A DNA stretch of 64,000 bases from the human T2T-CHM13v2.0 reference genome, Homo sapiens (GCF_009914755.1 NC_060928.1); one strand, 5' to 3'; shown: positions 49,492 to 60,861, numbered from the stretch's first letter. Numbers and translations are program-made. The notes: generated from the sequence alone by a model not told the origin.

Positions 49492-52458
49492 CCCCCTTAC
49501 AAGTAAAATCTGTATCCTTGATTTCCAACAATAAGCGCTGACACTGAAGGGGGCAGCCTTGGCAACAGAGGCCCTGCTGGACTTCAGAGGAGCAGAGGAG
49601 GCCAATCAACAAAGAAAATAAAATCAACACAGAAAGAAAATCCCTGGGGAGTGGACCTGTGCCAGGCACTGTTCTAGGCAGAGATAGAGACAATATCTGT
49701 GAGCAAAACAGAAAAAAATTTCTGCTCTAAAAGAGTTTGCATTCTAGTGGGGGAAGACAGGGAATCAGCAGGATAAAGAGAAAACTTAGAAGTAAACTTA
49801 GAAGATGGCAAATGCTATGGAGAAATAAAAAGCAAGGAAGGTGGACAAAGAGTGCTGCCATTTTCTACTAGGTCATCCAGGAAGTCTTCAACGGAAATGG
49901 GATTGGAGCAAAGATTTGAAGGGCAAAAAGAATACTGAAATAAATGTCTTGGGGAAAATGTGAATTGATTTAGAGTTCACTCCACTGGCTTTTCATTAAG
50001 TATTTCAAAATAATGACTAGAATGTGCATGTGTTGTTAGAGTATTAATAGTTACCCTTGAGGCTGCTTGGACACCACTAACAAGACAGATTCTGAAGACA
50101 AGAATCTCATTGTGAAGAGGCAGACATGGGCTGCTGTCGGGAGTTGTGCTAGCCAGGATCCCCCACCCAGCTTCCCTAACCATAATCCTGAACACCCCTA
50201 CTGTTGGCTGCAACTTTGTCCTTGAACATCCAGAACGCAGTGTTGTCCAGCAGCTCAGAGCCCCCATCTGTGAAGGAGGGCAGTGTCTCAGCAGCTGGCT
50301 GTTGAATAGATGTACAGGTGTAGGCCACTTCCAGACCCACAGTCAGGAGTTTTTCATTGTGCTTGTCCCCTGGCAGGACTTCAGGATGCACTACCAGACC
50401 CACTCCCTATCTCAAGTGGGTCCTCAAGGAGCCCTGTCCAGGGTTAAAAGGATCAATGGCAGCAGCAAGTCATGGGTCACAGCACACCAGGTGGAAAATT
50501 GAGCTCAGGGACCAAGGTATGTATCCCCAGCAGGATGCTGGTGATTAAGTTGCCTTTGAAACCTCCAGGGGAGAACAGGCTCCCCATTATTCCCCATCCT
50601 TTACATAGAGAACATTTTCTGGCTCCTAGACCAGGGGTGGCTGATCTGAGGAGCAGCCCCCATTGCAAGTTACCGATGGCAAAAGAATGTTTTTTTCGGG
50701 GATAGAATCAGGTGGCAAATACAGGATGCTTTGGCCATGGAGGAAGACTGCAGAGAAAGCCTAGACCTCAAATGACTTTGGGGAATATAGACGGGATAAT
50801 CAAAGTGCCCCATCCAGGGCTCTGTTCTTGAGAATTGCAATAGAAGGAATGAGAGAATAAAAATCAAATGCAAAAAGTAAAGGCCACTTGGTTGTGGATT
50901 GGAAGGAAAAACATTAGGAGTTAAAAGACTATGACCTTGGGCTTGGGTGGGCCATTTAAAATTCTAAAGCCTCAATTTCCCCATTTGAAAGTGAGAGTTA
51001 TACTTGACAATCTCCAAATTCTCACCCACTTTTAATATGCCTAGTCTATGCTTCTCTTGAATGGTTCATCATAATAGATGAAGGAGTGAACTTTGGGGAA
51101 CATTTGCCAAAAATTAGATGTAAAATTCCTTCTTCCCACTAATCTGTTGGGAATTCAAGGACTGCAATTCCATTTCAGTACAGCTCTCTTTGCCACATTT
51201 GCTGAGAGAATACAGACCATTCTCAACAACTCAACTGTTGACGTCCAGAAAGGATTGCAATTTATCTGTAGAGATGCTAAGAGATTGTGAAAGCCCCCTG
51301 AGGAATACACAGACAGACTTCACTTAAGAGTTCAGTTTCCTCGGGGAAAAAAATGAAACAAGCTCCAGGTTGACAAATGGCAAGGAAATAAAAAGGAACT
51401 TACAAGCTCCAGAGTCATTTTTAAAACATGATCGGAGTTCATGACACCGGCTGCTGTTACAGCATTCAGCCTGGGTATGCTCACTTCCGCATCAATGTCA
51501 TGATTCAGAACAGTGGGTCTTTGTTGAAATCTGAAATTTCTTGGGTAAAAGTATATCATCAGGTTTGTATGAGGCTAGGTGTTACTTGTATTTCAAGCCT
51601 CAAAAGCAAATAACGTTCAACTCATGTAAAATTTATTTTTTCTGATTGTAATTCATAACAGTCAAAACCAAGCATATTAGGAAATGTTGGATGGTATTTA
51701 AGTTTCTGAGACAGGAACAGCAAAATGATTTGATAGGTAAGATTTAAGGATTGTCCAGCTGTGAAGTTGCTGAGAGCTCAGCCTAATGTGTTATTTTTAA
51801 ACTTGTAATAAAACACATCTGTTTTGTAAATGGTATTGCTAAACTGAGGGTTCTAGCATGAAATAACTAAATCCTGGTGACTTTAGGGCTAATCTTACAT
51901 TCTTTGTGTGTTCCAAGTTAATTAATTAAATGTGAATTAAAGCTGGATTAATTAATCAAAGGTGAATTCATTAAATAATTAAAGGTGAATTCATTAACTA
52001 ATTAAAGGTGAAAGTCTCATTCTGAATAATTTACTCAAGATTTACCAACCCTTGTGCAGAATCGGTCTCACTCCTCCAGAAGCCAAGAATCACATTTACA
52101 TCAGTGTCCTGCCCAGGAAGGCACCTTCCCCATGCTTTGTCTCCATTCCACTGTGGTTTCCTTGGGTTTCCCCTTCTGCCAGACAGACCATGGGCTCACC
52201 AGGGAAGAGAAAGAGAGATGCTCAGCCCCCAAGCTGCTAGACTCTAGCTCCTCAACTCCAGCTACTGGCTAAATGGTAGCATGGCCTGGCTTCTAGATTG
52301 ACACCCAGTGCCCTCCCTGTACTCTCGGGTTGGCCTTCTTGAGTACAATTTTTAAAATAATCACTAGCATGAGGAATTCATAAGATACAAACTATAAGAA
52401 AATGAATTAGATGCAGAATCCGGTTTTAACTTGTTTAGGAGATTAGTCTTAGTAGATG

Positions 52459-52842
52459 GTGTGATGGCTAATATTGAGTGTTAACTTGATTGGATTGAAG
52501 GATGCAAAGTATTGTTCCTGGGTGTGTCTGTGAGGATGTTGCCAAGGAGATTAACATTTGAGTCAGTGGAATGGGAAAGGCAGACCCGCCCTTAATCTGG
52601 GAGGGCACCATCTAATCAGCTGCCAGCATAGCTAGAATAAAAGGAGGCAGAAGAACATGACGAAACTTGACTGGGCTAGCCTCCCAGCCTACATCTTTCA
52701 CCCATGCTGGATGCTTCCTGCCCTCAAACATTGCACTCCAAGTTCTTCAGCTTTGGGACTTGGACTGGCTTCCTTGCTCCTCAGCTTGCAGATGGTCTAC
52801 CGTGGGACCTTGTAATTGTGTGTGTCAATACTCCTTAATAAG

Positions 52843-52888
<46 letters not shown>

Positions 52889-53523
52889 CTATTATATATA
52901 TATATCTCCTATTATATATATATCTCCTATTATATATATCCTATATATATAATATCCTATTATATATATCCTATATATATAATATCCTATTATATATATC
53001 CTATATATATAATATCCTATTATATATATCCTATATATATAATATCCTATTATATATATCCTATATATATAATATCCTATTATATATATCCTATATATAT
53101 AATATCCTATTATATATATCCTATATATATAATATCCTATTATATATATCCTATATATATAATATCCTATTATATATATCCTATATATATAATATCCTAT
53201 TATATATATCCTATATATATAATATCCTATTATATATATCCTATATATATATAATATCCTATTATATATATAAAATATATATATTTATATATACTTTATA
53301 TATATTTGTATATATATCCTATATAGCTCCTATATATATCCTATTATATATATATCCTATTTTATATATATATCCTATATGTAATATCCTATTTTATATA
53401 TATATGTACCTCCTATATATATAGGAGTTTATTAAGGAGTGTTGACCCACACAATTACAAGGTCCCACAATAGACCTTGCAATATATATATATATATAGA
53501 TATAGATATATATATAGTATTGT

Positions 53524-53564
<41 letters not shown>

Positions 53565-53598
53565 TATTAGTTCTGTCCCTCTAGAGAACCCTAATACA
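52459..53598 (+). mobile_element. MLT2A-type (HERV-L) solo LTR with internal AT expansion
   Basis: Starts tgtgatggctaatattgagtg..ttgattggattgaagg, ends cctattagttctgtccctctagagaaccctaataca. Confidence 0.85.
52951..53250 (+). repeat. 30-bp AT-rich VNTR, 10 perfect copies, within TA-rich tract 52846-53423
   Basis: Unit aatatcctattatatatatcctatatatat repeated exactly. Confidence 0.97.
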
Positions 53599-54236
53599 GA
53601 TGGAATGAGATTTTTAAAAGTAGATGCTTTTCTAGGTCGAGAGCAACCAAATTTTGGCAATTTCACATGACGTGAGCTCTACTTAGGAATCCTACAATTC
53701 TGGATTCTCTGTCTTCTTACCTGAGTTTTACCTATTCCTGCTCTTCCTGAGCTTCTCAGAATATGCCTTTAAATTCCACCATCTATCCTTAAGCCAGTTG
53801 AGTTCCCACTAAGCTCCTCTAGCCAACCCAACATCCATTCCATAAACATTCATTGAGCACCGGTTCTGAACCAGGGACTGCTGCAGACACAAGGGCAGAT
53901 GTAGGTCTGTCTTAGCCTTTGAGGAGTTCATAGTCTAGTGGGAAATTGAAACTTTAAAAATGTACATAATTAGGTTGGTGATAGAAATATGTCCAAAGTG
54001 TGGAAGAGAATCAAGAAGCATCATGCTTACGGGAAAGAGTGAGGATGATTTCAAAGAAGAGTCGATATGTGGATTGTGTCCTGAGAGAACTGTAAGATTT
54101 CCTGAACAAACCCAAGTAGGGAAGGCATTACAGCAGGCATGATGTGAAATCTGGGCTCTGGAGCCATGAAAGAACACTGAAAGTTCTGGGGAAGGGCCAG
54201 TAGCTCCATAGGGCCCAATGATAGGATGCAAGGAGG

Positions 54237-54400
54237 GGCTGGGTGTGGTGGCTCACACCTGTAATCCCAGCACTTCGGGAGTCCAAGACAGGAGGATCAT
54301 TTGAGGCCAGGAGCTCAATACTGCAGTGAGCTATGATCGCACCACTGCATTCCAGCCTGGGTGACAGAGCAAGAGCTAGTCTCTAAAAATTAAAAATAAA
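54237..54400 (+). mobile_element. Short, internally deleted Alu
   Basis: Left-arm start fused to right-arm end. Confidence 0.8.
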
Positions 54401-54671
54401 GAAGATGCAAGGATATAAAAGGAGATTGCTGTCAGATCTTAAAGGAGCATGACATTCTCTCCCTGAATCATGTGTTTAAGCCACAAAATTTTTTTCTAAC
54501 CAGAGAAGTGACATGATGTTTGTTTTTGAAATATAATTTTGCAAAATTATCATTTTTGAAATATAATTTTGCAAAAATTATATTTCAGGAGTGCTTTTCT
54601 TCCTGTGACCCGTGAGACCAGAAAGAAGAATCAAGCCAAATGAGTAGGATGTGTAGGCTTTAAAAACTATC

Positions 54672-54677
54672 TTTATT
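54672..54677 (-). terminator. Candidate distal poly(A) signal of TLR10
   Basis: AATAAA on minus strand about 900 nt after the stop; further AATAAA at 54826-54831. Confidence 0.55.
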
Positions 54678-54835
54678 TTTTTTCTACTTATAAAAGAAAT
54701 ACAGATTCATTCTAAACAATTCAAACATTATAGAAATACACAACATAGAAATCAAATGCTCCCTGTAATCCAACCTCCCAGACCCAAACCACTGTTACTA
54801 CATCTGGTATAGATTTCTTTACACTTTTATTTCAA

Positions 54836-54882
54836 TGCCATTTCAATGGCAAAAACCACAATTAGTTTTGCACCAACCTAAT
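54836..54882. mobile_element. MADE1 (Hsmar1 MITE) half element in TLR10 3'UTR
   Basis: tttcaatggcaaaaaccacaattagttttgcaccaacctaata matches the MADE1 arm. Confidence 0.8.
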
Positions 54883-55016
54883 AGTTTATAACATATTAAT
54901 ATGTTTTTTCCATACCAGGAAATATACAGCTACCTTATTCTTTTTAGTGGCATGTAATATTATATTACATTAATTTACTATAATTTATTGAATTAGACCT
55001 TATTTTGTGGCCATGA

Positions 55017-55394
<378 letters not shown>

Positions 55395-55471
55395 TAAACT
55401 TGTGAAGGTGTTTCTATAGGATACATTCTTAGAAATCCTTCTAGAAACTGATATGAAGGGAATAACCATTT

Positions 55472-55477
55472 TTTATT
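55472..55477 (-). terminator. Candidate proximal poly(A) signal of TLR10
   Basis: AATAAA on minus strand about 95 nt after the stop, before the 3'UTR Alu. Confidence 0.45.
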
Positions 55478-55571
55478 TTAATAAATATTGTCAAATTGCC
55501 ATCATAAAGGTTGTATCAATGTACATCCCAACAGTGTATGTGGTCCCCAACTTCCCAAGGACTGTGGGATT

Positions 55572-58007
55572 TTATAGACAGTCTGTTCTCATCAGAGAGA
55601 TTGTAGAACCTCGAGACTCTTCATTTAACTCTGTGAATGTCTGCAGTTCATACATTTCTCTGGTGGCTAATACATTAACATTAATAGCAGCTCGAAGGTT
55701 TGCCCAGAAAAGCCCACATTTACGCCTATCCTTGGGCCATTCCAAGTATGCTTTTTTTTCCAGGAGAGCTTTCAGTTTATGATACCTGGTGGGAATGCAA
55801 TAGAATGGAATGGGTTCCAGTAAGATAAGAATTATGTGATCAGAATTTTCATGGAAGAGATTGTGGTGGGCAAAGTAGAATTCATAATGGCACCACTCAT
55901 TCTGGACAAAGTTGGGAGAAAAAACAAAGATGGACTTATAGCTTTTCTCAATGAAGCTTACAATATTTTCACTAATGCTTTTGCCAGGGTCAAAGTAGCT
56001 TTCATAAAGGCAAATCAAGATAGAACCATCTTCCTTCTCTAGATTGGGGATCAATTCATTCTTCACCCACAGAGAATCATGTTCACTGTATGAAATAAAT
56101 GCGTGGAATCGGACATTTCTCTTGAGTTGTTCTTGGGTTGTTTTCCTAACCCTGTGCCATGTTTGTGTGCATTGACCTAGCATCCTGAGATACCAGGGCA
56201 GATCAAAGTGGAGACAGCAGAAGGCCACAGCCAACCCCAGAACTAGCATAATAACCACAATGGTGACAATCAACAGAGCTGTGTTGCAAGATAATTCGTG
56301 GAGATGAACGTCTTTTAACCTAGTTCCCCTTAGGTTTAAAGGGTATTCACAGGTGTATGAATCTGACCATCCAACCATCATGACCTCTGAATATGTTTCA
56401 AGCTGAATGAAATTTTTTAATTCACAGGTACACCGGAATGGATTTCTTCCCGCATTTAGAGTTTTAACTTCCTGGCAGCTCTGAACAAAATCCAGAGATG
56501 GGCTGAGAATGAAGTTCATTTCAATGTTCAGAACTGAAAGTCTACTGAAATGACTGCATCCAGGGAGATCAGTTAGAAAATTAAATGCAATATTTAGTTC
56601 TCGTAAGGCCATCAGATGAATAGTCTCTTTAGGTACAGTTTGGATTTGGTTATTATTTAGGTCAAGTATTTGAATACTTTTGGGCAAGCACCTGAAGACA
56701 GAATCAGACAATTTATTGTATGACAGATTCATATTGACCACAGTTTCTGGCCATGAGCAATTTTCATCATTTTTATGTTGTAATAGATTTTGACTCAGAT
56801 CCAAGTGTTCCAAGGGTGTGTTGTTAGCAAAGCAACTTACTAAAGAAAGTGTCTCCAGTTTATTGCCATTCAAAATGAGAGTTTTCAAGTGAGGCAGTTG
56901 GAGAGTTCTTTTAAACAACTCGTCTGTTAAGATATTATTGGCAAAATTTAAATATTGGAATTTCGTAGGATAATTAGGGAAAAGCATGTGTGGCATTTGT
57001 GCATTTGATATTGTCAGGTTTTCTATGTCCGTTTTGGTCAAAAGCAAATAGATTTTATCCTGTTGAATGTAAAACACTCTGAAATGTACATGCTCCAATT
57101 TTATAGTTCTCATTATAGTATTTGAGTAGTCAAATGAATTGTGGTCAAGATAAGCCTTACCACCAAAAGTCACATTTCGGATCTGAAAGTGTTCCACTGA
57201 TGTATGCCAAACAAATTGTAAGATAAGGAAAAGGTCGTCCCAGAGTAAATCAACTTTATTAAGCAATAGAACCGATGTCTTAGCATGTTCTAAACTAAGA
57301 TTTCGTTGCATTTCATAACTTACAAATTGGCTTTTGCCATCTATATTTGTCATTTCTAATATTTTTGAAGTCTTGATTCCATCACGCAAAAGAACCCAGA
57401 AATTTGTGTCCATTGGTAAAACAATGTGCAGTTTTGTTGTGTTTAAGATGGGCAGGCTACCTTCTTCATAATGAGGAAGAGTTCTGAATCCTAAGAAGAC
57501 AGTATTTAGATGCAGATGAGAAATTTTCTGGAAATCTGATTTTTGTATTTTTGCCCCACTCAAACCTAGGATTTCCAGGTGTGACATGTTGCCAGCTTCC
57601 TCACAGATAGGCATGGTGTCAAAGTCATTAAAAGAAAGATCTAAATACCTGAGACCTGCCAGTAAATACCAAGTTACACTCTTCAGTCTGTTATTAGACA
57701 AATCTAAATATCTTAACTCCTTGTTGAATTCAAAGGTTTTGAGATCCAGCTGTTGAATTCTGTTATGGCATAGAATCAAAACTCTCAGTTTGGAGACAGA
57801 ATGAAAATCTGAACTCTGGAGTTGAAAAAGGAGGTTATAGGATAAATCCAGTGTTGTTGTGGCTGGGGTCAAGTCTGCGGGAACCTTTCTTAGAGACATG
57901 TTGGAGCAGTTGGTCATCAGTTCCCTTTCTTCTGGCAGCTCTGGAGCATCACCCTCTGCTGTCATAACTATACTACAAAATATGTAAATGTTTCTGATGA
58001 GTCTCAT
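55572..58007 (-). CDS. TLR10: Toll-like receptor 10 (signal peptide, LRR ectodomain, LRRCT, TM helix, TIR domain)
   Basis: Intact 811-aa ORF starting [24 protein letters not shown] and ending SLMRTDCL; LxxLDLSxN repeats, [39 protein letters not shown] box1 [13 protein letters not shown] loop, box3 FW. Confidence 0.99.
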   Translation of the reverse strand: MRLIRNIYIFCSIVMTAEGDAPELPEERELMTNCSNMSLRKVPADLTPATTTLDLSYNLLFQLQSSDFHSVSKLRVLILCHNRIQQLDLKTFEFNKELRYLDLSNNRLKSVTWYLLAGLRYLDLSFNDFDTMPICEEAGNMSHLEILGLSGAKIQKSDFQKISHLHLNTVFLGFRTLPHYEEGSLPILNTTKLHIVLPMDTNFWVLLRDGIKTSKILEMTNIDGKSQFVSYEMQRNLSLEHAKTSVLLLNKVDLLWDDLFLILQFVWHTSVEHFQIRNVTFGGKAYLDHNSFDYSNTIMRTIKLEHVHFRVFYIQQDKIYLLLTKTDIENLTISNAQMPHMLFPNYPTKFQYLNFANNILTDELFKRTLQLPHLKTLILNGNKLETLSLVSCFANNTPLEHLDLSQNLLQHKNDENCSWPETVVNMNLSYNKLSDSVFRCLPKSIQILDLNNNQIQTVPKETIHLMALRELNIAFNFLTDLPGCSHFSRLSVLNIEMNFILSPSLDFVQSCQEVKTLNAGRNPFRCTCELKNFIQLETYSEVMMVGWSDSYTCEYPLNLRGTRLKDVHLHELSCNTALLIVTIVVIMLVLGLAVAFCCLHFDLPWYLRMLGQCTQTWHRVRKTTQEQLKRNVRFHAFISYSEHDSLWVKNELIPNLEKEDGSILICLYESYFDPGKSISENIVSFIEKSYKSIFVFSPNFVQNEWCHYEFYFAHHNLFHENSDHIILILLEPIPFYCIPTRYHKLKALLEKKAYLEWPKDRRKCGLFWANLRAAINVNVLATREMYELQTFTELNEESRGSTISLMRTDCL

Positions 58008-58042
58008 TGTATTTCCAAGGATTTTACCACTGATTTCCTCAT
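58004..58042 (-). promoter_or_regulatory. u[15 protein letters not shown], stop overlapping TLR10 ATG
   Basis: ATG AGG AAA TCA GTG GTA AAA TCC TTG GAA ATA CAA TGA; final TGA shares TG with the main ATG at 58007-58005. Confidence 0.7.
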
Positions 58043-58069
58043 ATGAATGATGAAGATGAGCTCAAAACC
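58008..58069 (-). other. TLR10: TLR10 5'UTR portion of the coding exon
   Basis: Minus-strand acceptor cttttttttag|GGTTTTGAG with upstream ctaat branch-like motif; AG at 58071-58070. Confidence 0.85.
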
Positions 58070-58191
58070 CTAAAAAAAAGTATATAATATTAGATTTTTA
58101 TTTGGTTTGTTAAATCCTGTAGGATTTTTATTTGCAAAAAAAATGCCAACATCTGACTACATTCATCAAGAGGTTGGAATAAGGTTCCAAC

Positions 58192-58380
58192 CTGTATATT
58201 GGGTCTTCGACTTGATCTCAGAGCATTGGCTGAGAAGTCTCCAAGCTGGCTACTGTGCCATGTCTCCGTTGTTGAGGTAAGTCAGGATTCTCAGAGAGGA
58301 GAAGCATAATGGCCCATTGGTTTAAGAACTGCATTGTCAGGCCAGACTCAATACCCTCTCTCACATCTCCTTTTGATAGC
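58192..58380 (-). other. TLR10: TLR10 non-coding 5'UTR exon (inferred)
   Basis: Minus strand tcttcag|GCTATC ... TATACAG|gttgga; consistent with my recollection of the TLR10 leader. Confidence 0.7.
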
Positions 58381-58526
58381 CTGAAGATTTCAAGAAAATT
58401 GAAAGTAATTTGTTTTATTACCAGACATTGTGAGCCTTTGACTTGATATCAAGGAGTTACCCCTCAATTTTTGTATTTGTGGATATAGAAAGTCCCTGGA
58501 GCCAATATCTGACTTTCAACACTTAC

Positions 58527-58843
58527 CTTACAGATGGAAGTTTCAAAACAGGAAACAAATAGAATTATTCCTGTCCTTCTGCCTCTATATGTCTTCAGGT
58601 TGGTGGCAAAAGCAATCTGGATTACTGCCAAATAATAGTATTAATGTTGAAAAACAATTTCCAGGTGTGATATGTTGCCAGCTTCTCCACAGATAGGCAT
58701 GGTGTTAGTCATTAAAAGAAAGATCTAAATGTCTGAAACCTGCCAGTGAATACCAAGCCACAATCTTCAGTCTGTTGTTAGACAACTATAAATGTCTTAA
58801 CTTCTTGTTGAATTCAAAGGTCTTGATATTCAGCTGCTGAATT
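58527..58843 (-). other. TLR10: TLR10 non-coding 5'UTR exon (inferred; start less certain)
   Basis: Perfect donor AAG|gtaagt at 58527/58526; candidate acceptor gattctatgccataacag|AATTC at 58844/58843. Confidence 0.6.
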
Positions 58844-58872
58844 CTGTTATGGCATAGAATCAAAGCTTTCAG
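58657..58872 (-). pseudogene. Decayed partial duplicate of TLR10 LRR-coding sequence (copy of about 57571-57789)
   Basis: Collinear match from atttccaggtgtga to ttctgttatggcatagaatcaaa with substitutions and a 2-bp deletion (ggtgtcaaagtc vs ggtgttagtc). Confidence 0.92.
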
Positions 58873-59239
58873 GTTAGATTTCAATGTGCCAAGATACATA
58901 CTAATTGCTTCATGTATATTATCTCATTTATTTATCACCATACTCTGTGAGGGAAGTACTACTACTCCCATTTGATAGATGAGGAAATTGAAGGATATAG
59001 AACTCTGAGGACTTTGGGAGATGTGCCAGGCTTCACATGGTTGGATTAGACGTAGAACAGAGGTAGTTGGAGTACTAAGATTTTACGATATTCATTATTC
59101 AAGATATTTATTAAGTACCTATTCTGCCAGAAACTTTTCTAGGCACTGGGGAAGTAGATTTCTGTTTCTACATAGCTTATATTCTAGAAAGAAGTTAAGA
59201 AAAGAGAGACTGCAAACAAAACAATACGTTTATATGTTA

Positions 59240-59519
59240 TGACTCACAATTCCACATGCCTGGGGAGGCCTCACAATCATGGTGGAAGGCGAATGAGGAG
59301 CAAAGTCATGTCTTATGTGGCAGCAGGCAAGAGAGCATGTGCAGGGAACCTCCCCTTTATAAAACCACCAGATCTCATGAGACTTATTCACTATCATGAG
59401 AACAGCATGGGAAAGACCCGCCCCCATGATTCAATTACTTCCCACCAGGTCCCTCCCACAACATGTGGGAATTATGGGAGCTACAGTTCAAGATGAGATT
59501 TGGGTGGGGACCAATATCA
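59240..59519 (-). mobile_element. THE1-type LTR, partial, in TLR10 intron
   Basis: Same motifs as 6663-7016 (gagacttattcac, gatgagatttgggtgggga). Confidence 0.8.
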
Positions 59520-59912
59520 GGCAGTGATATTGTCTTGAAGGAAAAATAACTAAGATAAGGGAAACAGAGAGAGACTGGGGAGTGATTTTCTTTTTTATAG
59601 AATGATCAAAAACAGCCTCCCTGATAGTGATCTTCATGCAGAAATCTAAAGGGGCCAAAGAAGCAAGACACTTGTTGTCTGGGGAAAGAGTATTTTGGAG
59701 AGAGAGAGAACAGCAAGTACAAATTTAAAGATCCTGATGTGCTTGGAAAATGTGAGGAAGTCCTGGAGTGGAGTTAGGGGACGGAATCAGAGAAGAGGTC
59801 GGATCTTATAAGAACTTGGCAATTTTCCTCTGACTGAAATAAGAAACCAGCAGAAGATTTAGAGTCCAGGAGTGGCAGGTTCTGACATACATTTTAAAGA
59901 TTCCTCTGTTTG

Positions 59913-60861
59913 AGGCAACCTATAGAATGGGAGAAAATTTTTGCAATCTGTCCATCTGACAAAGGGCTAATACCCAGAATCTATAAAGAACATAAAAAAA
60001 TTTACAAGAAAAAAACAACCCCATCAAAAAGTGGGTGAAGGATATGAACAGGCACTTCTCAAAAGAAGACATTTATGCAGCCAACAAACATATGAAAAAA
60101 AGCTCATGATCACTGGTCATTAGAGAAATGCAAATCAAAACCACAATGAGATACCATCTCATGCCTGTTAGAATGGTGATCATTAAAAAGTCAGGAGACA
60201 ACAGGTGCTGGAGAGGGTGTAGAGAAATAGGAACGCTTTTACACTGTTGGTGGGGGTGTAAATTAGCTCAACAATTGTGGAAGACAATGTAGCGATTCCT
60301 CAAGGATCTAGAACTAGAAATACTATTTGATCCTGCAATGCCATTACTGGGTATCTATCCAAAGGATTATAAATCATTCTACTATAAAGATACATGCACA
60401 CACGTGTTTATTGCAGCACTATTCACAACAGCAAAGACTTGGAACCAACCCAAATGCCCATCAATGATAGACTGGATAAAGAAAATATGGCACATATACA
60501 CCATGGAATACTATGCAGCCATAAAAAAGAATGTGTTCATGTCCTTTGCAGGGACATGGATGAATCTGGAAACCATCATTCTCAGCAAACTAATACAAGA
60601 ACAGAAAACCAAACACCACATGTTCTCACTCATAACTGGGAGTTGAACAATGAGAACACATTGACACACACCGGGGCCTCTCAGGGGGTTGGGGGCTAGG
60701 GGAGGAATAGCATTAGGAGAAATACCTAATGTAGATGATGGGCTGATGGGTGCAGCAAACGACCATGGCATGTGTATACCTATGTAACAAACCTGCACGT
60801 TCCGCACATGTACCCCAGAACTTACAGTATAAAATAAATAAATAAATAAATAAACAAATAA
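59913..60861 (+). mobile_element. 5'-truncated L1PA 3' end, antisense in TLR10 intron
   Basis: ORF2 C-terminal peptide (60338-60646), (AAAT)n tail, 17-bp TSD aaagattcctctgtttg at 59896-59912 and 60862-60878. Confidence 0.93.

Noticed and set aside
52667-53666. Tyr/Ile repeat ORFs and CRISPR-like periodicity
   Set aside because: Perfect 30-bp tandem units with no unique spacers; eukaryotic VNTR inside an LTR
55453-56042. Plus-strand ORFs antisense to TLR10
   Set aside because: Short shadow frames of the real CDS and UTR
60338-60699. ORF with L1 ORF2p C-terminal similarity (also 19466-19756)
   Set aside because: 5'-truncated L1 copies without promoter, EN or RT
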